Translations under genes and position numbers: made by a program
Notes under the pieces: generated by a model
Seen by the model: only the letters and a program-made list of their open reading frames with translations
Database searches by the model: none
Told to the model about the DNA's origin: nothing
In this document: one piece after another, positions 47,397 to 56,416 of the stretch
How the letters are laid out: every line of letters begins with the position of its first letter
Position numbering within the stretch: the stretch's first letter is position 1
IMG/VR virus record: IMGVR_UViG_3300042907_001596
Location: 32,001 to 96,000 of that record
Origin: a virus
DNA length: 64,000 nucleotides
Reading direction: 5' to 3' (one strand)

Positions 47397-47410
47397 GGAG
47401 AGGAGTCCCG

Positions 47411-47503
47411 ATGACGCAGGCTGAGCTTCAACTCTTAGCCCTCATCGCCGCTACCGACGAGGTGCGGCAGAAGATCCTCGACGCCTTCCAGGCAGAGGAA
47501 TAG
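47411..47503 (+). CDS. 30-aa peptide
   Basis: GAGGAG RBS; ends GAA-TAG in next promoter. Confidence 0.5.
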   Translation: MTQAELQLLALIAATDEVRQKILDAFQAEE

Positions 47504-47522
47504 TCCCTGCCCGCTGGGCGTT
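47497..47522 (+). promoter_or_regulatory. ECF-type promoter (copy 12)
   Basis: GGAAT-N17-CGTT. Confidence 0.75.
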
Positions 47523-47564
47523 GTAATAATTGGAGGGGCGCACGCCCCCCAGGAAAGGAGTGCC

Positions 47565-47951
47565 ATGAGCGCACCCACCACGGTCGACTTCGCCGCGTTG
47601 CGCGAGCGTGCCCACGAAGCCGGGATGGCGGCTGGGCTGGCCGCACGGCCCGCCCCGATGGTCGTCGTCCAGCATGAGAACCCGTTCGATGAGACTAGCC
47701 CGATCGTCCGGCAGTACGCCCCCATCATGGACGGCGTCTGCGGCTTCGCGTGGGTCAACGTCAAAGGCAACACCGCCTTCGGCCGGTATCTGCGCAAACA
47801 GGGCTACACCACCGCTTACGGCGGCGGCTATAACATCCGGTGCCACGAGTTCGGCCAGAGCTACGAGCGCAAGTACGCCTACGCGGCTGCCTACGCCGGA
47901 GTGCTTAAAGAGGCCGGAATCGCCGCCTACCCCGAAGGAAGGTTGGACTGA
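47565..47951 (+). CDS. phage hypothetical protein
   Basis: AAGGAG RBS; GVCGFAWV..QSYERK.AYA. Confidence 0.7.
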   Translation: MSAPTTVDFAALRERAHEAGMAAGLAARPAPMVVVQHENPFDETSPIVRQYAPIMDGVCGFAWVNVKGNTAFGRYLRKQGYTTAYGGGYNIRCHEFGQSYERKYAYAAAYAGVLKEAGIAAYPEGRLD

Positions 47952-47952
47952 C

Positions 47953-48150
47953 ATGCGCTATCGACGCGGCAACAGCAGAGAGCCGGACGACGACTCGTTG
48001 GCCAACGTGCAACGCCACGCTGTGGCGCGGGAACTATTCACCGCCTGGACGGGCGTCGATGACCCCGACACCGCCGGTGCGCTCTGGTACAACCTGAGCG
48101 ACAGCGACCGCAAGTACTGGCTCGACCTGGCGAACGAGCGCAAGGAATAG
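47953..48150 (+). CDS. hypothetical protein
   Basis: GAAGG RBS; W..LS..DRKYW. Confidence 0.55.
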   Translation: MRYRRGNSREPDDDSLANVQRHAVARELFTAWTGVDDPDTAGALWYNLSDSDRKYWLDLANERKE

Positions 48151-48169
48151 CCACGCCCTGCTGGGCGTT
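48144..48169 (+). promoter_or_regulatory. ECF-type promoter (copy 13)
   Basis: GGAAT-N17-CGTT. Confidence 0.7.
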
Positions 48170-48192
48170 GCAGTAACCGAAGGAGACATCGC

Positions 48193-48474
48193 ATGAAACT
48201 GATCAAAACCGAATATGCCAAGCTGACCCGCACCGCACTGGAACATCTGCTGTCAGCGGCCACCGTGCCGGGATCGCGCAATGCGGCCGAACACCTCAGC
48301 CGTGCGGAGTTCTACTTGGACGCCGCCGCAGAGGAAGCAAAGCTGGAAGGCGAACGCGACCTACTGGCCCGGTTGACCTACGCCTGCTGCGAACTGGTCG
48401 ACCGCAACAACGAAGCGCTGGCGCTGTTCTCCCGCTTGGAGACTGCCCTGGCCGAAGAGGAGGAAGCGGCATGA
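48193..48474 (+). CDS. hypothetical protein
   Basis: GAAGGAG RBS. Confidence 0.6.
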   Translation: MKLIKTEYAKLTRTALEHLLSAATVPGSRNAAEHLSRAEFYLDAAAEEAKLEGERDLLARLTYACCELVDRNNEALALFSRLETALAEEEEAA

Positions 48475-48806
48475 CACTCGACCCGCAGAGCATGTTGATC
48501 GACATCGAAGCCACCATTGAGGAGTTCGTCGCGGACGCCGAACCCGACGACACGGTGGCCGACTGCGCCAAAGCGGTCATCGCGATGCTCACGAAGTTCT
48601 ACGCCACCCCGAAGCGGCGTCGGCCCGACCACGGCGGCAGCCTCGCCCCCAGCAAGCTGGGCGACCTGCTGCTGTCGGCGGCGCACGTCCAGCGCCTCGC
48701 TGATCTAGGGGAAAAGGGCCGTGCCGACGGCAGCGTCGAAGACGCGCTGGGCATCGACGCCGACGACGCCAAAGCGATCCTCGCCCACCTTTTGCGGGAG
48801 GAATAA
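48471..48806 (+). CDS. hypothetical protein
   Basis: ATGA overlap. Confidence 0.6.
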   Translation: MTLDPQSMLIDIEATIEEFVADAEPDDTVADCAKAVIAMLTKFYATPKRRRPDHGGSLAPSKLGDLLLSAAHVQRLADLGEKGRADGSVEDALGIDADDAKAILAHLLREE

Positions 48807-48825
48807 TCCCCCGCCCGCAGGCGTT
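48800..48825 (+). promoter_or_regulatory. ECF-type promoter (copy 14)
   Basis: GGAAT-N17-CGTT. Confidence 0.75.
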
Positions 48826-48872
48826 CTACTAAGTGGAGGGGCGAGTATCGCCCCCCAGGAAGGAGACACGTT

Positions 48873-49664
48873 ATGCGGGCACTGAAGTCCACAACCATCA
48901 GCTTCGGCCTGGTATCCGTGCCGGTCAAGCTCTACAAGTCGGTGGACTCCCACGACGTGGCGTTCAAGCAGCACCACGGCGGCTGCGGCGGCTCCATCAA
49001 GATGGAGCGGTACTGCGAAGGCTGCGAGGTCAAGCCGGTGCCGTTCGGTGATGTTGTCAAAGGCATCGACCACGACGGCACGCTGGTGCTGCTCGCGCCG
49101 GAGGAACTGAAGGATCTGGAAGGCGAAACCCCGTCGGCCATTGAGGTCATCCAGTTCGTGGAGGCCGACGAGATCGACCCGCTCACCTACGAAGCGGGCT
49201 ACTTCGCCGCGCCGGACAAGACCAGCGTGAAGGGCTACAAGCTGCTCCACAAGGTGCTGACCGAAACGGGTCGGGTCGGAGTGGTGCGGTTCTCGCTCCG
49301 CGCCGGACGCCTGAGCCTGGGTGTCCTGCGGGCCTCCGGTGACCTGCTCATCGTCCACACGGTGGCCTGGCCGGACGAAGTCCGCACGCCGGAGTTCCCG
49401 ATCCTCGACAAAGAGGTCGAACTGGAGCCTGCTGTCCTCGACGCCGCCCGCATCCTGGTGGAGTCGATGACCGGCAGCTTCAAGCCGGAGGACTTCGTGG
49501 ACACCTACACCGGGCGGGTCAAGGAGTTCATCGCGGCCCGCGCCGACGGCGGAGAGTTCATCCCTGCCCCGGCCGAAACCGCTGAGGACATCTCCGACCT
49601 GCTGGCGGCGCTGGAAGCCTCCGTCATCAAGCGGAAGAAGAAGGCCGCAAAGAAGGCGGCGTAA
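48873..49664 (+). CDS. ku: Ku-like DNA end-binding protein
   Basis: ISFGLVSVPVKLY, VVKG, FVEADEIDP, WPDEVR, DLLAALEAS. Confidence 0.92.
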   Translation: MRALKSTTISFGLVSVPVKLYKSVDSHDVAFKQHHGGCGGSIKMERYCEGCEVKPVPFGDVVKGIDHDGTLVLLAPEELKDLEGETPSAIEVIQFVEADEIDPLTYEAGYFAAPDKTSVKGYKLLHKVLTETGRVGVVRFSLRAGRLSLGVLRASGDLLIVHTVAWPDEVRTPEFPILDKEVELEPAVLDAARILVESMTGSFKPEDFVDTYTGRVKEFIAARADGGEFIPAPAETAEDISDLLAALEASVIKRKKKAAKKAA

Positions 49665-49670
49665 CGGGAC

Positions 49671-49688
49671 GGGGCGGGCAACCGCCCC
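49671..49688 (+). terminator. hairpin after ku
   Basis: ggggcgg-gcaa-ccgcccc (GNRA loop). Confidence 0.45.
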
Positions 49689-49705
49689 TCCTAGAAGGAG
49701 GAAAA

Positions 49706-49798
49706 ATGAACTGCCCAGCCTGCACAGACCCCAATCACACCCGGTACTCCGACGATGTCGGATGCCTCGACTGCGCCGACGCCGATTACAAAGCGTAG
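49706..49798 (+). CDS. 30-aa Cys peptide
   Basis: GAAGGAGG RBS; CPAC..CLDC. Confidence 0.5.
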   Translation: MNCPACTDPNHTRYSDDVGCLDCADADYKA

Positions 49799-49823
49799 GA
49801 ATAATCCTGCGCCGCACGGCGTT
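49798..49823 (+). promoter_or_regulatory. ECF-type promoter (copy 15)
   Basis: GGAAT-N17-CGTT. Confidence 0.75.
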
Positions 49824-49847
49824 GCACAAGATGGAGAGGAGACAACC

Positions 49848-50168
49848 ATGATGATCATCGGCGGAGTCCACGTTCCCTTCGTGGTGTCGATCAGCCTCGA
49901 CGCCGACGGCGGGGAGGTATCCCACCGCGAAGAGTTCGACACCTTCGGTGCCGCCCGCGAGGCGCTGGAGGACTTCATCATCGACCACGACGACGATGTT
50001 CACGACTACCGCATCGACCTGGAGCGCATCGGCCTGCGGGGCGGAGATCTCGTCCGCTTCGACATCGAACTGCGCGAAGCACCCGGCCGCGAACCCCGCG
50101 AAGTCAGTGTGCCGCGAGTCTGCGGCGCATGGTCAATCAGTTGGGCGCAACCCGCCCTCACCCGATAG
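49848..50168 (+). CDS. hypothetical protein
   Basis: GAGGAG RBS. Confidence 0.6.
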   Translation: MMIIGGVHVPFVVSISLDADGGEVSHREEFDTFGAAREALEDFIIDHDDDVHDYRIDLERIGLRGGDLVRFDIELREAPGREPREVSVPRVCGAWSISWAQPALTR

Positions 50169-50178
50169 GAGACACATC

Positions 50179-50598
50179 ATGTTGAGAGGTTTACGACTCA
50201 GCGTCTACCGCGCCGTCGATTTCCCCGACTGCACCAACGGCGGCATCAGCGGCAAGCATGCCCGCGTCACCGTGGTCGGCCGACTGGTCGGTGACACGGT
50301 GGTACCGCTGCCTGATGGGTGCTGCATCTCTGAGGCCGACGACGACGCCCCGGCCGTGGTGCTGGTGGAGTCGCGCTGCCCCGGCTACGACCCTACCCCG
50401 CACCTTGTCCCGCTGGAGTTCGTCCACGGCACCCCGGTCGACTGCGTCGGCCCGATGTCCGGCGGCAACTACGCCGGGACGACCGATAGCCGGTGGGGCC
50501 AACTGGGCAAGCTCTACGAGGGCTTGCGGCACCTGGACGCGGTGGCCATCCACGACCGCATCGAAACCTACGCCCAATACCGGGCACTGAGCCACTAA
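50179..50598 (+). CDS. phage hypothetical protein
   Basis: AGGAG RBS; DCTNGGIS..MSGGNY..DSR..IHDR. Confidence 0.7.
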   Translation: MLRGLRLSVYRAVDFPDCTNGGISGKHARVTVVGRLVGDTVVPLPDGCCISEADDDAPAVVLVESRCPGYDPTPHLVPLEFVHGTPVDCVGPMSGGNYAGTTDSRWGQLGKLYEGLRHLDAVAIHDRIETYAQYRALSH

Positions 50599-50607
50599 GG
50601 AGGAGAC

Positions 50608-50952
50608 ATGGCGGAGCTACCACCGCCGCGCACCGATCTGCCCCAGGACAAACGTGCTTTGCGGCAGAACAAGATCGCCGCCAAGGTTCGGAAGATGTTT
50701 CCGCGAGGAGCCAGGGTGGAGTCCACGGTGATCTTCAGCGAGCCTGGTCTGGAGATCTTCGGCACCATCGTCGGGCACATCCCCGGCATGAGTGAGGACG
50801 GCGGGCGGCTGATCGTCCTGTGGGACAAACCGAACCCCTTCGGCGGTGGCCCGCACATCACCAACAAAGCGTGGGCCGGTGGCCTGCTGATCGTTGACCC
50901 CGACACCGGGCGCGGGATTGTTCGTCCCGGCTTTAAGGAGAAGAAGAAGTGA
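50608..50952 (+). CDS. hypothetical protein
   Basis: AGGAGG RBS. Confidence 0.65.
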   Translation: MAELPPPRTDLPQDKRALRQNKIAAKVRKMFPRGARVESTVIFSEPGLEIFGTIVGHIPGMSEDGGRLIVLWDKPNPFGGGPHITNKAWAGGLLIVDPDTGRGIVRPGFKEKKK

Positions 50953-51335
50953 GCGACTACATCGAAATCCCCGACCTGCTGCTGCGCGAGATCGGGGAGG
51001 AACTGGTGGCCCTGTCGGGGCCTGTCGGCTCTACCGGGCGCGGCGACGTGCCGAAAGAGTTGATCGGCGTGCTGATCGACTACCTGGGCGAGGATCTGGG
51101 GTGTGATCACTCCGTCGGGATCTGCTGCTGCGGCACCGCCGCACTGGTGGCCGAACTGAGGCTTGCCCTCGACGGCAAGCAGTCCTGCGTCGCCTGCGGC
51201 GGGGACGGCACCGGCTGGGATGAAGCCAAGTACGAAGCGGCGAAGACAGCCGCGAGCGCCGAAGGTTTGTTCGTCAGCGACTTCGACGGGATGATCCAAT
51301 GCCCCGGCTGCGACGGCACCGGCGTTACGGAATAA
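50949..51335 (+). CDS. protein with CxxCxGxG Zn-finger repeats
   Basis: CDHSVGICCC; CVACGGDG; CPGCDGTG. Confidence 0.65.
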   Translation: MSDYIEIPDLLLREIGEELVALSGPVGSTGRGDVPKELIGVLIDYLGEDLGCDHSVGICCCGTAALVAELRLALDGKQSCVACGGDGTGWDEAKYEAAKTAASAEGLFVSDFDGMIQCPGCDGTGVTE

Positions 51336-51354
51336 CCGCCGCGCCCCCCGCGTT
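51329..51354 (+). promoter_or_regulatory. ECF-type promoter (copy 16)
   Basis: GGAAT-N17-CGTT. Confidence 0.7.
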
Positions 51355-51397
51355 ATACCCAGTGACAGAGTTCCACCCAACAGAAGGAGACAAGAAC

Positions 51398-51604
51398 GTG
51401 AAACGCATCTACACGGTGTTCTATCACGAGAAAGGCGAGGACTACGGGCTGTACAGCCACCCCTCGCTGGTGGTGAAAGCCACCGACGTGGGCCGCGCTA
51501 TCGTGGCGGCGAAGAAGATCATCGACCTGCCTGCCCGCAGCATCGTGGTGGACGAGGTGTGCCTCGACATCCCCGGTGCCGAAGATCGGCTGGAGGTGGT
51601 CTGA
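51398..51604 (+). CDS. hypothetical protein
   Basis: GAAGGAG RBS, GTG start. Confidence 0.6.
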   Translation: MKRIYTVFYHEKGEDYGLYSHPSLVVKATDVGRAIVAAKKIIDLPARSIVVDEVCLDIPGAEDRLEVV

Positions 51605-51865
51605 ATGGCAACGAAGCCCATCTACGCGGACTTCCCCACCCGCTTCTCGACGTTGGAGGCCGACGCCAAAAGGGTCATTGCCTACACCAAGATCCTCAAC
51701 GACGAAGACTTGGATGAGGAAACCAGGAACATCTTCTCGTTCAAGACCACCCTGCGCCTGCTGAAGATGGAGAAGGAGCTTGGCCGCATCAAGAAGTTCC
51801 TTGAACTCACCCTCGACGCCGACGTTGCTGCGGACATCTCCGATGCGGTCGGTGAAGGAGAGTAA
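51605..51865 (+). CDS. hypothetical protein
   Basis: GGAGG RBS. Confidence 0.6.
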   Translation: MATKPIYADFPTRFSTLEADAKRVIAYTKILNDEDLDEETRNIFSFKTTLRLLKMEKELGRIKKFLELTLDADVAADISDAVGEGE

Positions 51866-52185
51866 TGGCCAACGCCAAAGAGGTCGCAGACTCCCTCGAC
51901 GGCCTGGACGAGGTGTGGTACGTCATCAACCATTTCCTCAACCGGCTGCCCGTCGAGGAGAGGCTGCGGTTCCGACGGACGCTGATCCGCCGGTTGCGCC
52001 ACCCCGAAGTGGCCGACATCCCGTCCGTCCGCGACCGGTTCTTCGCCGCCCTGGACGGCCCCAGGAAGCGCCCCAGCTTCGACGCTCCGCTGTGCCTGTG
52101 CGGGTACGCGGCCGACAAACACGATTTGCTCACCGGCGAGTACGCCGAGTCGGGCTGTGAAGGTTTCACCGAAGTTCCCTCGTAA
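51865..52185 (+). CDS. hypothetical protein
   Basis: TAATG coupling; CLCG..H..C. Confidence 0.6.
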   Translation: MANAKEVADSLDGLDEVWYVINHFLNRLPVEERLRFRRTLIRRLRHPEVADIPSVRDRFFAALDGPRKRPSFDAPLCLCGYAADKHDLLTGEYAESGCEGFTEVPS

Positions 52186-52199
52186 ACAAAGGACAGAGC

Positions 52200-52439
52200 A
52201 TGGCTGGTAAAAAGCAGATCCCTGCGGCGGAGTACAAGCAGTACCCGCTGCACTATTTCCGCGACAAGTGCGGGAATCTCTACTACGTCCACATGGACAT
52301 CCACGACCAGGATGGCCCGGTGTACATCAAGCAGGTGGCCGACCACGTCCGCATCGACAAGGTGACTTCGGAGCAGTGGGGGAACGCCATTCTCAATCAC
52401 GGCATGTACGAGGAAGGAACGGACAAATGGGTGAACTGA
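52200..52439 (+). CDS. hypothetical protein
   Basis: AAGGA RBS. Confidence 0.6.
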   Translation: MAGKKQIPAAEYKQYPLHYFRDKCGNLYYVHMDIHDQDGPVYIKQVADHVRIDKVTSEQWGNAILNHGMYEEGTDKWVN

Positions 52440-52831
52440 CGACCGACTACGACTGGTTTGTGCTGGCTGCGCCGGTGTTTGAGTTCGCGCTCATCCTGAA
52501 GGCGGCAGAACTGGATCCGCCCGACATCCTCGACTACTTTGAGAAGCCGTGGAAGTGGGTGCCGGAACGCCGCGCCTGGGTCAACGCCGGACGCCCGCAG
52601 CCGCCGGACGGCGGCGAAACCTCACTGCCGTGGGAGAAGTTCCTGCGCGGGTGGGAACGGTTCCTGCGCGGAGAGGTATGCCTGGGAGACGGCGGTTTTT
52701 ACCTCGTTGATAGCGATGACGACCCGAAGACCCTTGCGGAGGCCCTGGATGCCACGCAGACGGGCGAGGAGTTCGCCCAGGTGCTGGCGGGCCTGTTCAC
52801 CACGTTAGAGAGGCAGCGCGACGATGAGTAA
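52427..52831 (+). CDS. hypothetical protein
   Basis: GAAGGA RBS; YFEKPWKW. Confidence 0.6.
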   Translation: MGELTTDYDWFVLAAPVFEFALILKAAELDPPDILDYFEKPWKWVPERRAWVNAGRPQPPDGGETSLPWEKFLRGWERFLRGEVCLGDGGFYLVDSDDDPKTLAEALDATQTGEEFAQVLAGLFTTLERQRDDE

Positions 52832-53153
52832 AGCCCGCGAGCAGATCCGCGCCGTAGTGCGCTCGTCGGCCGGGTTCGACCCGACCGGCACGGTGCGTCG
52901 GTGCATCACCAACTGGGGCTTCGCCCACTACATCAAGCTGTCCCAGTCGCCGGGGGAGCCGTGCTGGATGTGCTACGACTGCTACGGGCCGACCGACGAC
53001 ATCCTGCCCGACAGCAGCTTCCTCACCGACGTTCAGATGGACGAGCGCAACGACACCGAAGTGGTGTACGTCCCGATGGACGACAAGACGTGGGCGAGGA
53101 TCCACGGCCTCAATCCCGAACCGGCGATCGACGCCCACGACGAGATCGCCTGA
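52824..53153 (+). CDS. hypothetical protein
   Basis: Overlapping coupled ORF. Confidence 0.55.
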   Translation: MSKAREQIRAVVRSSAGFDPTGTVRRCITNWGFAHYIKLSQSPGEPCWMCYDCYGPTDDILPDSSFLTDVQMDERNDTEVVYVPMDDKTWARIHGLNPEPAIDAHDEIA

Positions 53154-53197
53154 TATACGTTCGGGAAACTGATCTTTTCTGCGCTGTGCGGAACGGG

Positions 53198-53223
53198 GGA
53201 ATAATCCGAACCGCTGTGGCGTT
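53198..53223 (+). promoter_or_regulatory. ECF-type promoter (copy 17)
   Basis: GGAAT-N17-CGTT. Confidence 0.75.
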
Positions 53224-53267
53224 CTATTAAGTGGAGAGGGGAAACGCCCCGACCAGGAGGGAACGTC

Positions 53268-53384
53268 ATGGCCACCGCCATCGCCGCCGGGAGTTTCGGC
53301 TTCGCTGGGATTCACGCTGTTGCTATCGCCTTGCTCGCCAAGGTGTCCTTCAAGAAGGCGAAGAAGGAGGCGGAGGCGGAGTAA
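53268..53384 (+). CDS. 38-aa membrane peptide
   Basis: AGGAGG RBS; hydrophobic stretch then KKAKK. Confidence 0.55.
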   Translation: MATAIAAGSFGFAGIHAVAIALLAKVSFKKAKKEAEAE

Positions 53385-53393
53385 TCCCCTTCG

Positions 53394-53419
53394 GGAATAA
53401 TCGTCTGCCCGGTGCTGTT
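53394..53419 (+). promoter_or_regulatory. ECF-type promoter variant (copy 18)
   Basis: GGAAT-N17-TGTT. Confidence 0.6.
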
Positions 53420-53451
53420 GTACCGGGCAGATCGCTAGAGAAGGAGACATC

Positions 53452-54585
53452 GTGAGCGACACCGGCAACGCCATCAAGTCGGCGGAGGCCATGCTGCGGC
53501 ACTGCGCCGTCGACCAGCAGCTAGCCCCCGCCATCCTGGCCGGGACAGCCCCCAAAGGGGTGTATCAAGACCTGTCGGTGTCGTGGCGGGCCAACATCGT
53601 GCGCGGCAACGCCGCCACCAAGCTGTGGCGGGCCGAAGGCCGTCAGACGTTGGCGATCCACCCCGAAGTCGTGCGCGAAGTCAGCAAGGCATCGTCGTCT
53701 AAGTTCCCGGCCGAGATCCTGCGGGCCATCCCGTACATCAACCCGATGGTCGTCTTCTCCGACCCGCCGATTCTCAAGACGTGGCGGGAGCGCACCCAGG
53801 CCAGCCGTCTGATGCCGTACGCCGCGAAAGAGGACGGACTGCGCCTCGTCGGATTCTTTGTGTACGGGCAGAAGCACGGGGTTGTCGCTACGCCGGAGTC
53901 CGACGCGCACGAACACATCGCCATGAAGAAGATGGCCGGAATCGTCACCTCCACCCACGCCCCCGACGCCCAGACGATCGGGATGACGGCGATCTTTGAG
54001 GTGCTAGACGCCGCAGGCAAACGCCTCGACATGGAGGCTGCCAGCTTCTCCGTGCCCCTCCAGGGCGACTACACCCTCGCCCAACTGGTGGACGATCAGG
54101 TGGAGCGGTTTACGTTCGCCGTCGGATCCGCCACCGAACTGAAAAGGGCGTGGGTCACGGAGGTCTACAAGATCTTGGTGGGCACGATGCTCTACCTCTG
54201 CTCGACGGTGCTGGACGCCGAACGGGTGCCGACGGTAACCACCAAGCACCTGGCGAAGACCATCGCCCGCAAGCCGCTCAGTTTCTACCGGGTGGGCTGG
54301 ACGCTGGGTGCGGCGCTGACGAAGTACCGCCAGGCCCAGAGCCGGGGTGAAGGTAGCCAGCAGGGCGACCTCGCCCACCAGCAGGATCCGCAGCACCGCA
54401 AGTGCCACTTCCGCATGCAATGGTACGGCCCGCGCTCCGCGCACGCCTGCGAACTGATGCGCAACACCTGCGACTGCGACGGCCGACACCGCGAATGGAT
54501 CTTCATCGCCCCGTACTGGACGCACCGCGAACGGTTGGGTGTCGCCGGAATCAACACGGTGCGCCGTGTCCCCAAAACGGCGTGA
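53452..54585 (+). CDS. hypothetical protein with C-terminal PxHRxxH..QWYG motif
   Basis: GAAGGAG RBS; PQHRKCHFRMQWYGP...WIFIAPYW. Confidence 0.7.
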   Translation: MSDTGNAIKSAEAMLRHCAVDQQLAPAILAGTAPKGVYQDLSVSWRANIVRGNAATKLWRAEGRQTLAIHPEVVREVSKASSSKFPAEILRAIPYINPMVVFSDPPILKTWRERTQASRLMPYAAKEDGLRLVGFFVYGQKHGVVATPESDAHEHIAMKKMAGIVTSTHAPDAQTIGMTAIFEVLDAAGKRLDMEAASFSVPLQGDYTLAQLVDDQVERFTFAVGSATELKRAWVTEVYKILVGTMLYLCSTVLDAERVPTVTTKHLAKTIARKPLSFYRVGWTLGAALTKYRQAQSRGEGSQQGDLAHQQDPQHRKCHFRMQWYGPRSAHACELMRNTCDCDGRHREWIFIAPYWTHRERLGVAGINTVRRVPKTA

Positions 54586-54608
54586 GGCAAGGCAAAATAG
54601 TGGCTGTG

Positions 54609-54926
54609 ATGAAAGGCCCTTACTCCCGCGCCAAAGTGTTGCGGAACGCCCTAACCATGCTGGACGAAGACCGGCTACATGCCCAACCGGACGGCACCAT
54701 CATCGTCGCCGGAATTAAAGAGCACGCCGGAGTCTTCACCCTCGTCAAGAACGGCCCTTTCTGGTTCAGCTTCATCATCGACGGCGACACCTTGGAACTG
54801 GAGATGATGTGTACCCCAGAGCCTCCCGGCTTGCTGGTGCTGTACGGCGACGAAGACGACGAAGATATGTACGAGCCGTTCGCCCCCATCCTGGCGCTCC
54901 TCCCCGGCGGCAAAGACGAGGAATAA
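54609..54926 (+). CDS. hypothetical protein
   Basis: ORF ends GAA-TAA in promoter. Confidence 0.55.
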   Translation: MKGPYSRAKVLRNALTMLDEDRLHAQPDGTIIVAGIKEHAGVFTLVKNGPFWFSFIIDGDTLELEMMCTPEPPGLLVLYGDEDDEDMYEPFAPILALLPGGKDEE

Positions 54927-54945
54927 CCACCCCCTCCCCGGCGTT
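54920..54945 (+). promoter_or_regulatory. ECF-type promoter (copy 19)
   Basis: GGAAT-N17-CGTT. Confidence 0.75.
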
Positions 54946-54987
54946 GTACAAGATGGAGGGAGCGGTTCCCTCCAGAGGGGAGTTCCC

Positions 54988-55224
54988 ATGACAGACCTGG
55001 GCCTTCGGATGGACAGAGCCGTCGTAGTCGGCACCAAGTGGACGAAGTACGAAGACGGCTTCTACGCCGACGTGCGCGGCCTGGAGTGCCGCGTCACCGG
55101 CGGCGGCGGCTCCTGGTGGACGGCTTACGTCGGAGAAGGATTCGACGGCAGCATCGGTGCCTACCCCACAGCGGCGGAAGCCAAGAAGGCAATCATCGAC
55201 TTAGCACTGGAAGGGATGGAGTAA
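54988..55224 (+). CDS. hypothetical protein
   Basis: GGGGAG RBS. Confidence 0.6.
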   Translation: MTDLGLRMDRAVVVGTKWTKYEDGFYADVRGLECRVTGGGGSWWTAYVGEGFDGSIGAYPTAAEAKKAIIDLALEGME

Positions 55225-55455
55225 ATGAGCTACCACGACTGCCTGGACGGCCCCAAGGGCTGCGAAGGCGAAACCTTTGAGCGACTGACCCGCAGCGGGT
55301 CGGGGATGCGATTCCCGCGCTGCGAGAAGCACTACGTCGAGTACGCCGAACGGATGGACGCTGTCCACGCCGAAACCCGGCGGCGCTACCCCCGGTCGGC
55401 CCCCGCCGACTTCGACCCGGCCTACGCCGGGGAGCGGTGGGACGACGACTACTGA
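55225..55455 (+). CDS. hypothetical protein
   Basis: CLD..C..RCEKH..FDPAYAGERWD. Confidence 0.65.
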   Translation: MSYHDCLDGPKGCEGETFERLTRSGSGMRFPRCEKHYVEYAERMDAVHAETRRRYPRSAPADFDPAYAGERWDDDY

Positions 55456-55638
55456 GCCACCCATATGCAGGGCTGGGCGTCAAACCAGTACGGGCCACAT
55501 ACCCATCTCCCTGGCAAGCCTAGCTCACGACCCTGACCCCCTTTCTGAAGGAGAGGTTAGTGCTGCGCCCCGCCCTGCCCCCCCCAACTCTCAGAAACTT
55601 CTTATCTTCGGTGATGAGGCAGCGAATCGCACGCTTAG

Positions 55639-56351
<713 letters not shown>

Positions 56352-56357
56352 GAGTCC

Positions 56358-56391
56358 CTGTACCCCTCCCTGCCAGCAGCCAGAAGAGATA
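56358..56391 (+). promoter_or_regulatory. putative late promoter CTGT-N21-GAA
   Basis: CTGT 56358, gaagagata 56383. Confidence 0.5.
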
Positions 56392-56416
56392 GAGAGCTTG
56401 CTGACCGGAGGATTGC

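Noticed and set aside
47021-47400. ncRNA as tmRNA, RNase P RNA, hammerhead or group I intron
   Set aside because: No tRNA-like ends or CCA, no GAGGAAAGUCC inside the stem, CUGAUGC instead of CUGAUGA, and only a 5-bp P7-like match.
25368-54945. Repeated motif as a CRISPR array or integron attC sites
   Set aside because: Copies are irregularly spaced, separated by genes and conserved only at -35/-10-like boxes; no cas operon or integrase is present.
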